Shown piece after piece: positions 52,707 through 64,000 of a stretch of 64,000 bases of DNA (its first letter is position 1; every line of letters starts with the position of its first letter). This stretch comes from Octopus sinensis. Lineage: Eukaryota. The notes below the pieces were generated by a model. That model was given only the letters and a program-made list of their open reading frames with translations, ran no database searches and was not told the DNA's origin. The stretch is taken from assembly GCF_006345805.1 (NCBI RefSeq), contig NC_042997.1, positions 189,348,001-189,412,000 of the forward strand, written 5' to 3'. Made by a program: the position numbers and the translations under genes.

Positions 52707-54663
52707 ATTTATACATACATACAGACATATATATATATATGTATATTATATATATATACATATATACATACATATATGTGCATATATTTATATACATATA
52801 TGGATGTGTGTGTGTGTATAATATGTCTTCTTGTTGACAACTAGTATTCATTTATTTATGTTTCCGTAACCTAGCGGTTCGATAAGACAGAATAAGTGTC
52901 CCTTTTTAAAATATAAATACTGGGGTCAATCAATTTGACTAAACTCTTCAAGGCGGTGCCACAGTCTGAAACAAGTAAAAGATAAAACAAAGTTCTCATT
53001 TATATGCACACACAGATGCAGAGAAATATACGAATTAAATTAAAGGACTATAACAAAATTTGTATTGTTCCCTTCACTTATAACACGTCTAAGACCATTA
53101 GGAAAAGAATTTTAAAAGAAGTATATGTCTTTCTATCAAATCTGGAAAACCCTAAAACGATCGAATTCATATTTGGGTAACATGAAACCATGCAACATCT
53201 GTATCACTGAAAATTTGAAACTTGTTTGCTACGGTCTATTTTCTGGACAAACATCCTGAACGTTTTTGATCTCTCATGCTCAAGATCTCGGAGATATATA
53301 AACCCAGTGAAGCAGTCCTGACAGCTAAGATAGTTTTAGTTGTAACAACAATAATATTTGAATTAATAATATCTACATGTTATATGCTGTGGTGTAGTGT
53401 AAGGAGATAGAGAAATGACACGCCGAGAGAAATGAATAGCTACAAGTTGTGAGCAAGTATATTTTCAAATACCGCTAATGATGGAACAGCAGTCAATTGG
53501 TCAATTGGCAGAGACGTTAGAGCATCTGATAGAATGTCCTAGCTCTTTGCAGCTGTCACTTCTCTAGTTGTAGGAGTCAAATGATGGTTTAGTACAAAAA
53601 TTCTGTACTTCATATTAAAATACACCTTCTAAATGCAAGTCATGAACCATCTATATCTTCTGCCTTCTATAAAGTAGTGCACCATGGCCTGGAATAATTT
53701 GGCAATAGCTAAATCTTTAACTGATAACTATTTTGTTATACTTTCTCCATTGGCGTAGGAATATCAGCGAAACTAGAATTGTAAATCGTAAATCACTTGA
53801 TCCCGAAGCAAGGCTATTTAGATCTAAGGAAAAAGCAGAAGAAAAGGGAAAATGATAGTGTTTGTTAGAGAGAGAAAAAATTAGAGGGGAATGAGCAAGA
53901 GAGAGAGAGAAAGAAATAGAGATAGATAGATAGATAGAGAATATTGGATAAATAAATAGATAGAGAAAGAGAGGGGGAGGGAAAGAGATTTAATATACGC
54001 ACATATCATGGGAAATACATCCGGTTACCTATACGCTAATGCTTGATTTATGAGGTTATTCAGTGATGGAGTATTTGCATGCATCTATATTTGATGTGTC
54101 CTTATGACTCGTTATTGTATAGATTAGGTTTCCCTAATCATCATTACATCTTCAGCTGTTTTCTTATATTTTTTTTCATTCTGCGGTGTCCTCTGACACA
54201 ATCATAATTGTAATATTCTTTGCAAATAATATTAGTGAACAGGAAAGTAACAAAATCTAATAAATGGAAACTTAAGTATTTTGAAACTCTCCCTCTCTCA
54301 TTTTCCCTCATTCTCGCTGCTGTAAAGTAGGCTGTTAAGGTATTTTTATTTAAATAAGGGCTTCCATTTTGATTACCGCTATCATTATAAACAGCCATGC
54401 GCCGCTTCGCAGTAAATTAAAACAGGAGGGATAAGAAAACAACAACAACAACAAAAATAACAACGACACAAAATATAGAACGCAGACGTTGTTATAGCAA
54501 CTCATCATGCAAATCAGAGAAGTATTGTATAGGTCATATCAATGGCCACTTGCTTCAGAATGGACAGGCATTGCAGTCATATTTTAATGGTGGTTTGCTG
54601 AAGTGTTGTTTCAGTGTAAATAGTAACACTGAATAATGTCGTCCGACACACACACACACACAC

Positions 54664-54712
<49 letters not shown>

Positions 54713-54791
54713 TACATACACACATGCACACACCACACTATCTATGTATCTATCTGTCTGTCTGTATGTATATGTATATACATTTATATAC

Positions 54792-54871
<80 letters not shown>

Positions 54872-54883
54872 TATATATATATA

Positions 54884-55845
54884 CTAGACTAGACTACCTG
54901 CGACCCGTTTGGTCATCTGGAAAGTCTGAGTTTCCCAGCAAGGGAGTTTTATTTCGTGTTTTTTTCTTTTCCTGGTTATTTCGTATGCTTTCAACGAATG
55001 TGACATCGAAATCACGCGTAAACGGCTCCTTGCCCTGGAAAAGGAAAGATTTGACTGCTATTTCTTGCACCTCCTGCTACCACGTAACATGTATTTCGGG
55101 TACTTTATTGAAAATAGCTGTTACGTGGTAGCAGCGTGTGTTAGAAATCTTTGAAGCTGAGATACGTTGAATGCACTCGAAAAAACCTATGGAAAAAAAG
55201 TTATTTCACACCGAGGCTATGAACGGGTCTTTTACGAAATATTTACCGTATTTTTAAAGTCATTTTCAATTTAAAATATTTTTTAAATATGCCAAAATAA
55301 ATTTTGTAATGGTATTCACTTGAAAGTAATTATAAAATCATTAAAATATTGTCTATTTAAAGACAGCTAAAATATAAATGCTGTACAAACAACTAGCATT
55401 TTTGAAATCCTATTCACTTAAAAATATTTCTAAATTAAAATATTGTGTACGTCAAAAAAGTCGACGTTTCTTCTTAGAGAGTGGTAGAGAGAGAGAAAGA
55501 GAGAAAGAGAGAGCGAAGACTATGTGTGTGTATATGTCACAGATAGCGTATGTGTGTTTGTGTTGATTCAAATGCCATGACCTTCATTTATATGTGCGTG
55601 TATTCTGTATGTGTGTATGTATGTTGACGTCAAGGAAGCCATGCTTTTTCGTCAAGAATTAAACAAAAATTGTGTTTAATCGTTTTTATTAATAAATAGC
55701 GGTCCAAATCTCACAAAACCTCATACTGTCCTGCATAAAGTAAGTATGAAAATATATATGTAAAAAAAAAATTAAGATAAAATATACTATTTCTGAGATA
55801 TTTCAGGAACAAACATCTTCTAGAGTTTTAGAATATTAAGATAGA
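54884..55845 (-). mobile_element. Possible non-autonomous Helitron-like element
   Basis: Minus-strand 5' TCTATCTTAATATT and 3' CTAG at 54884-54887; interior not verified. Confidence 0.35.
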
Positions 55846-56204
55846 TAAAAAAAAACCTCGTAAATCATGCTTTACTGAAAATACAAAGGTAATGAGCACG
55901 AACGAAAGGCATGTTAGCGGGCACAGGCGCAGTCGACAAACAAACACGTGCTATGAAGAACAACTGATAACAAGCAAATGTACTGGAAATATAGAAACTA
56001 GCATACAGGCGGACTATAAGATGTTTGTTTATCGTGGCTAAAGGAATCTATGATTTTAGCACAATAGGTTCAACACCTCTCAAGTCTAAGATCGATATAT
56101 TCGGGATTGTCTTTTCAAATTCGTCATCAATTTCTGTCGACGTAAATGTATTGATTGACACAGGGCTGACCTTGAATTACGGAAGATGGCTTTGCTGGAC
56201 ATTT

Positions 56205-56370
56205 TGGAGTGGCTGTGTGGTAAGTAGCTTGCTTACCAACCACATGGTTCCGGGTTCAGTCCCACTGCGTGGTATCTTGGGCAAGTGTCTTCTACTATAG
56301 CCTCGAGCCGACCAAAGTCTTGTCAGTGGATTTGGTAGACGGAAACTGAAAGAAGCCCATCGTATATATG

Positions 56371-56405
<35 letters not shown>

Positions 56406-56610
56406 CTGTGTTTGTCCCCCCCAACATCACTTGACAACCGATGCTGGTGTGTTTACGTCCCCGTAACGTAGCGGTTCGGCAAAAGAGACCGATAGAATAA
56501 GTACTAGGCTTACAAAGAATAAGTCCTGGGCTCAATTTGTTCGACTAAAGGCGGTGCTCCAGCATGGCCACAGTCACATGACAGAAACAAGTAAAAGAGT
56601 GCAAGAGTAA
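56205..56610 (+). mobile_element. SINE family A, full length
   Basis: As 128-597. Confidence 0.9.
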
Positions 56611-56759
56611 ATGGGAATAAAGAATAAAAGGTTAACTTTGTCAAGTTATATATGTATGTAGTATATTATATAGTTTTACGTATATCCAATCTACTAAATA
56701 TGTGCATATTTACGTTATGTATGGTGCAGCAATTGCTTTTTCATACAAAACTTGTTATA

Positions 56760-57271
56760 CCGTAAATCCTCGAGAATAGTCCGCCATTGAGTATAATACG
56801 CAGGGGATTTTTAGGGGACTGTACCTCTGAAAAACCTAAACCTTGTGTATAATACGCACCCCTTCTCTAACTTGAGTCAAGGAGGTCTATACAACGTCCT
56901 TGGTTTGTAAATATGTACACGATAACGCCCTTTATTATTATTGTATATATAACATAATGTTAACGTGTAGCTTTTTTTGTGCATTTTGTTTGCAGAAAAT
57001 AAAGTAATAACAGTAATAATGTTTAATAAATGTTGCTAACTGCAAGTTATGGATGATTCTTTTATGACTTCATTGCTTTCAGGCTTAGCTTAAGGTATTT
57101 TCGCGCCCGACATCACAAAATGTGTCTGAATAAACATTGCCAGACAGAAAATAGAGACTCGGACATTGCTTAGAAAATAATTTTCATTTTTAACTTTGTA
57201 TATACCACGCACTCGGGATTTTGACCTTTGAATTTTGGGAAAAAATGCGGATTATACTCGAGGATTTACGG
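56760..57271. mobile_element. Tc1/mariner-pogo type MITE
   Basis: TA|CCGTAAATCCTCGAG..CCGC and GCGGATTATACTCGAGGATTTACGG|TA terminal inverted repeats. Confidence 0.88.
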
Positions 57272-57276
57272 TACTG

Positions 57277-57397
57277 TACAAAACATTTTAATGTTTGCCT
57301 TACAAAACATTTTAAAGTTTGCATTACAAAACTTTTTAATGTTTGCATTACAAAACTTTTTAATGTTTGCATTACAAAACTTTTTAATGTTTGCATT
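57277..57397. repeat. 24-bp minisatellite, about five copies
   Basis: TACAAAACTTTTTAATGTTTGCAT repeated. Confidence 0.93.
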
Positions 57398-58270
57398 CAA
57401 TGTCTGATCATAAAAAGAATCCTCTCTAGCCTACAGTGATGACATTAAATAGACGATGAAAAAATCCATATAGATGACAACGTAATCGAAACTGAATTTG
57501 ACGAAATTGTGGTTGACGTTGACAAATCTGAGGTTGACGTTGACGAGATTGATGGGGAAATTGTGTAGCTTAGGAATGAACAAGCACCTGTCATTAATTA
57601 ACAGAAAGGACACTTCGAAAATTAATTTAGTCGATCGGACTTGTGGATACTCGCATTGACCTACGTAATTACATGCGGTTCAACATAATCCTGAATGTAG
57701 TCAAATCTGCTAGAAAATCATTCTCAATAGCGAGGGATTTACGACAACAACGACGACGACGATGATAATAATAACAACGACGATGATGATAAACACATAT
57801 ACATATAAACACTACACAAAAACACATACACACATAGAAATAGATAAAGAGAGAGATATGGGTGGGAGATAAGAAAGAGGAAAGACACTGATAGAAAGAG
57901 GAAGAGGAAAAGCTGTTTGAGATGGTTGAAAGATGTGATTATAATAGTTGGGAGGTGCAGCGATTTTTATCAGTTAAGCACACTTCCCAAAGCACATATT
58001 TACTCCTTATCATCGTTCTTGGTATTTTATTCTCATTGTTGTTGTTGTTGTTGTTGTTCTTGACTATTTCTCTTAGCGTCGTTGTTGTTTTCTGTTGTAT
58101 TTCTTCTGGGTTTTTTTTTTCTGTTTTTTTTTTTTGGTATATTTTCAGATTTTGGAAACCGGAACTAATATTCCTCCTTTCAGGAATTGGTTGGGTGGGG
58201 TGGGGTGGGGTGGGAGATTTGTAGACAAGTCGTACTTTCTTCTTCGCGTGAACGCATACGCATTTACACA

Positions 58271-58317
<47 letters not shown>

Positions 58318-58695
58318 GCGCGCGCACGCACACACACATGCATATATATGCGTATACAAATATGCACGCATAAACAAATAGTTACTTGTACATACATACA
58401 CACATATATGCATATTATATATATATATATATATATACACATATCTATACATATATACATATATATATATATATGCGTATCTATATATGTATATATATCT
58501 ATAAAGATATAGATACTATATCTATATATGTATATATATAACTATATATATATATCGATAGATAGATATATATATACATATATATATATATATCTATACA
58601 TACGAACACATACATACATCAGTATGCGTATGTATATATGTATGTAATAAATAATAAAGAAACATATATATGTATGTATATACGTACGTACGTAC

Positions 58696-58726
<31 letters not shown>

Positions 58727-59423
58727 TGTATGTATGTATGTATCCCCTCAAATATGAACTCACCAAAATGGCTCAACATTTTTGTAAACCGCAAACAGGT
58801 ATGTAAATGGGTGTCTGGGTACATTTATTCTCGAGGGACTGCTATTTGGCATCGAAAGTTTCTTACTGAGATTTTTGCACAGGGAGTATTTGAGGTGCAG
58901 TAACAGTATGTAAATGTATGTGAGACTAAGAATTCTTCGTATCTAAATTTTGCGAATATTCTCAAAGCAAGAATTTTTCATCTCGGTGTTGAAATATTGA
59001 TAGAATGCCAACCACAGTGACCTTTTCTTCACTAGAAAAAAACGAGGATCATTGGCAGAAACGATGGAATAGGCGCACTAAAAGTCTTTCGACACACGTG
59101 CGATAGAGGGAATCTTATCCTGGTTGCTTGATATGCCAGACATAGCGACCAAATCTTCCTTATTACATCATACTGTCTTAAAAATAAAGATAGTGGTTAA
59201 AAAGGATCAAGATAAAAATATGATATTCTACTGTTAGATGTATTCCTCTTCATTCTTGAAGGATTGTGGACGCCCCATAGACTCATTAACACTGACTGAG
59301 TGCTCAGTTGAAATTCATTATTCTTTTTTATCAGCTGAGTGAATTGGAGCAATGAGAAATTAAATGCTTTACTTAAGCAATTAGACACCTGCTCACACAT
59401 ACACATATATATGCATACTATAT

Positions 59424-59476
<53 letters not shown>

Positions 59477-59699
59477 TATATATATGAGCAACGTGCCTAT
59501 TGGACCGAAAATCAAAGTCACAACTTTATGATCAAGAAACAGGTTGTCTAATTATTTGGCCACACGCCATCTAAGACACTGGATAAGGCAAAAAAAATAA
59601 TTAAAAGGGACCTGAGGTATAAGCAACACTATTGCGATATTCAACTCCGAATCTTTATGATTTGTGTTCAAAACATGCCGAAGTTGACTTTAATTGTCA

Positions 59700-59918
59700 T
59701 TAGGGTATCTGAGAGATACCCCCATGCTGAAATAGCAGTCAAAGCCCTGACCCTAAAACCCCCTTAAATGTTCATATTGCGCTAGGAGTGAAGACAGGGA
59801 GACAAAATAAACTAGCAAAAAAGATTTTTCTGGATAATTCAAGATCCTGGATTTCTGGCTTTGCTTCTGAGAAGCTCTGCCTTCTTCAGTTGAATATACC
59901 AGATAAGCACATAATACA

Positions 59919-59954
<36 letters not shown>

Positions 59955-59969
59955 TATAATATATATATA

Positions 59970-60019
<50 letters not shown>

Positions 60020-60750
60020 TATATATACAGAACATACGTTATACTTACACATACGAACGCTCATACATACATATATATGCACGTATGTGCAAGACTAGCT
60101 TGTGGTTTTAGGGTCATGGTTTTGTCTGCTATTTCAGCATGGTGGTATCTCTCAGATACCCTAATTTATAGTTTTAAATAATTATTGCCTTTGTATGGTA
60201 TTTATTCCCATGCCGGCCACTTGATAAGATCGATATTTAAATATCGGTATTATCCTTATTTATAAATTTATATAATTCGTCATTGTATTCATTGCGGTGT
60301 TTATTTTGACCATATCGCACTTGGAGATGTTTGGCGGGCAATTTAAGCTAGTCTTGTACATATGTGCATATATGTGTATGTATGAGCGTTCGTATATGTA
60401 AGTATAACGTATGTTCTGTATATATATATATATATATATCTGTGTTATGTGTTTATCTGGTATATTCAACTGAAGAAGGCAGAGCTTCTCTGAAGCAAAG
60501 CCAGTAATCCAATCTTGAATTATCAGTAAAATATTTTTGCTAGTTTATTTTGTCTCTCTGCCTTCTCTCCTGGCGCGATAGGAACATTTAAGGTGGCTTT
60601 AGGGTCAGGGTTTTGACTGCTATTTCATCATGGTGGTATCTCTCAGATACCCTAATTTATAGTTTTAAATAATTATTACCTTTGTATGGTATTTATTCCC
60701 AAGCTGGCCACTTGATAAGATCGATATTTAAATATCGATATTATCCTTAT
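59700..60750. mobile_element. Inverted plus partial-tandem repeat structure (PLE pseudo-LTR-like)
   Basis: 59700-60100 is the reverse complement of 60345-60655; 60101-60258 is a direct repeat of 60592-60748; contains CAACTGAAGAAGG. Confidence 0.8.
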
Positions 60751-60787
60751 ATACATACATGCATACATATATATATATATATACATA

Positions 60788-61366
<579 letters not shown>

Positions 61367-61639
61367 CCGTTAGGTCATCAAGTATGAATTTTGTAGAAAA
61401 GAAAAATGTTTGCTAATGTTTTATAAATACAAGGAATAGTTTTATTCAACGAAGTTTGCATCCATTTTGTCAATACAGCTCGGAACTGTAAAAGCCTGGC
61501 AATCTAGAGTCAATAAAATCTTGGAAGGCTGTTTTACACCGTCCAGGTGGGGAACCTATACGCCATGAAATCGGGAAACCGGCCCTTATAAGCCAGCATG
61601 GCTCGAGAAGGAACAAACATATATATATTTACATATATA

Positions 61640-62280
61640 TATTTGTGTCAGTGTTTGTACCCCCAACATCGCTTGACAACCGATGCTGGTGTGTTTGCGT
61701 TCCCGTCACGTATCGGTTCGGCCAGAGAGACCGATAGAATAAGTACTAGGCTTACAAAGAATAAGTCTTGGGGTCGATTTGCTCGACTAAAAGCGGTGCT
61801 CCGGCATGGCCGCAGTCAAATGACTGAGACAAATAAAAGAATAAAAGAATATATAGGCTCAGGGGTGGCTGTGTGATAAGTAGCTTGCTTACCAAACACA
61901 TGGTTCTGGGTTCAGTCCCACTGCGTGGCATCTTGGGCAAGTGTCTTCTGCTATAGCCCCGGACCGACCAGTGCCTTGTGACTGGATGTGGTAGACGGAA
62001 ACTGAAAGAAGCCTGTCGTATATATGTATATATATATGTATATGTATATGTATATGTATGTGTGTGTGTGTTTGTGTGTCTGTGTTTGTCCCCCCAACAT
62101 CGCTTGACAACCGATGCTGGTGTGTTTACGTCCTCGTAACTTAGCGGTTCGGCAAAAGAGGCCGATTGAGTAAGTACTGGGCTTACAAAGAATAAGTCCC
62201 GGGGTCGACTTTCTCTACTAAAGGCGGTGCTCCAGCATGACCGCAGTCAAATGACTGAAACAAATAAAAGAATAAAAGAA
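61640..62280 (+). mobile_element. SINE family A: 3' half (61640-61850) followed by a full copy (61856-62280)
   Basis: Family A modules and tails. Confidence 0.9.
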
Positions 62281-63086
62281 TATATGAATTAGATGAAATT
62301 TATTAGAATGCCTTTGATTTTTAGTCATCATTTTGTTGGAAGTTGTCTTATTAAATAATGTCTTTCTGTAGCTCCAGGTCACCATGATCCAACAGACTCA
62401 GTGCAATCCACAGAACCATATTTCTCATTCTGACGCGAAGTGGTTGATTGAAAGTTGTGCAATATAACGATCTGGGACTGTTCTCCTCGTACTGACCAGT
62501 CTGGCGATGTTCACAACGGCGACAACAAAGGTGAAATCGATGCCAGCCTAACGGCTGCTGCTCTCTGTACTTACTACTGATACTATACATCCTAGCTATA
62601 ATTAAGGTTAATGGTGCTTATGATGTTGTTATTTGTGCATATTTGTTGTTGTTGTTGTTGTTTTTTTTATCTGGACTGAGCAGAGGAGTTGTAGATGTTG
62701 GTGCAGTAATGTTGTAAAGAGTTTCAGATGTGTCAGTTTAGTGGTGATTACAAATGTAATGATGGTGATTCATAAGAGTTGTAACTTGTTGCAAAAGCAA
62801 GCCGTCTGCATCGCATGTCCAGATAGTCTTCTATTTTTAATAATTTTGCATCATCGTGCAAGTGTGTGCCAATAGTGTGTGGGAGTCCAACCTGAGATAA
62901 TGTAAAATGTGCTGATTTGCGTTCTTCATAAAAGACTGGATGCTCAGACAGGAATGAATGTATAAGTCATTCCTTACTGTTGCTGTTTCTTTGTGCTGGT
63001 TGAATAACATACCTATGACTGCTAGAAATATATCTGTGCGACGTTTAGCATTCTTTACTATGTCATCTACATGTCTTATGATATAA

Positions 63087-63462
63087 TCTCTCTCTATATA
63101 AAAGGCAAAATGTCTGTCTTTGTGTGTATGTGCGTATCCTTTATACAAATCCACAATTTTTCAGTTAGATGGTTCGCACTTTCTATGGTCATTCAAAACT
63201 GTCCAAGGGTGGTCGTGCACATCTTTACATTCCTCCAGTCACCCTGCAAAGCCATTAAAAAATCAATAGAAGTGACTTTTTTGTGAATTTTCTATCCAAA
63301 ACCCAATCAAAATGCTCGAAACTTGATACGCCAATTGAATGCCAGCTGGCTGTATGTGAGTGGTCGGAGATTTGGACAGTACTCGCGTGTATGTGCGCAC
63401 GCATGCAGCTGTATATGCATGCACTAGCACTATGACCCGGCAACGCCGGGTCATAGTGATAG
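63087..63462 (+). mobile_element. Non-autonomous Helitron
   Basis: 5' TCTCTCTCTATATAAAA, 3' hairpin ACTATGACCCGG-CAACG-CCGGGTCATAGT then GATAG; inserted between A and T of the repeat unit with no TSD. Confidence 0.88.
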
Positions 63463-63711
63463 TGTAAAATGTGCCGTTTTGTGCTTTTCATAAAAGACTG
63501 GATGCACAGACAGGATTGAATGTATAAGTCATTCCTTATTGTTGCTGTTTCTTTGTGCTGGTTGACTAACATGCCTATGACTGCTAGAAATATATCTGTG
63601 CGACTTTCGCATTCTTTACTATGTCATCTACATGTCTTATGAGATAATGTAAAATGTGCTGTTTTGCGTTCTTCATAAAAGACTGGATGCACAGACATGG
63701 TCGAATGTATA

Positions 63712-63947
63712 TATTTCTTTACTACCCACAAGGGGCTAAACACAGAGGGGACAAACAAGGACAGACACACGAATTAAGTCGATTACATCGACCCCAGCGC
63801 GTAACTGGTACTTAATTTATCGACCCGGAAAGGATGAAAGGCAACGTCAACCTCGGTGGAATTTGAACTCAGAACGTAACGACAGACGAAATACGGCTGC
63901 GCATTTCGCCCGGGGTGATAACGTTTCTGCCAGCTCGCCGCCTTACG
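63712..63947 (-). mobile_element. SINE family B, full length with TSD
   Basis: 14-bp TSD TGGTCGAATGTATA at 63698-63711 and 63948-63961. Confidence 0.93.
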
Positions 63948-64000
63948 TGGTCGAATGTATAATTCATCCCTTACTGTTGCTGTTTTTTGTGCTGGCTGAG

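Larger units (their letters stand above)
62894..64000. repeat. 186-bp tandem repeat, at least three units (starts 62894, 63080, 63641), interrupted by two insertions
   Basis: GAGATAATGTAAAATGTGCTG..TCATAAAAGACTGGATGC..TGTCATCTACATGTCTTAT repeated. Confidence 0.9.

Noticed and set aside
57277-57397. CRISPR-like array
   Set aside because: Contiguous 24-bp repeats without unique spacers, in eukaryotic context
57430-57660. Acidic peptide-like stretch (DDNVIETEFDEIVVDVD)
   Set aside because: Short, stop-interrupted and internally repetitive; no family assignable

Overview
This is AT-rich, microsatellite-saturated, non-coding animal DNA, most likely intergenic or intronic sequence from an octopus-type cephalopod (inferred from the tRNA-derived SINE families, R4/Dong and RTE LINE remnants and extreme simple-repeat load). 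I find no intact protein-coding gene, and almost all supplied ORFs are translations of microsatellites or SINEs. Recognisable content: more than 30 copies or fragments of four SINE families, decayed R4/Dong and RTE LINEs, a Penelope-like (PLE) GIY-YIG remnant, non-autonomous Helitron-like elements, mariner/pogo/hAT/TTAA MITEs and a 143-bp solo-LTR-like insert. The most notable signal is a set of short elements sitting in (TA)n arrays. Many form long fold-back hairpins and several carry hammerhead-ribozyme motifs: one canonical inverted pair and a four-copy family with a fixed CUGUNGA core variant. A 186-bp tandem repeat that reads open as a 62-aa unit runs off the right edge. All calls were made by eye, and coordinates of diverged elements are approximate.
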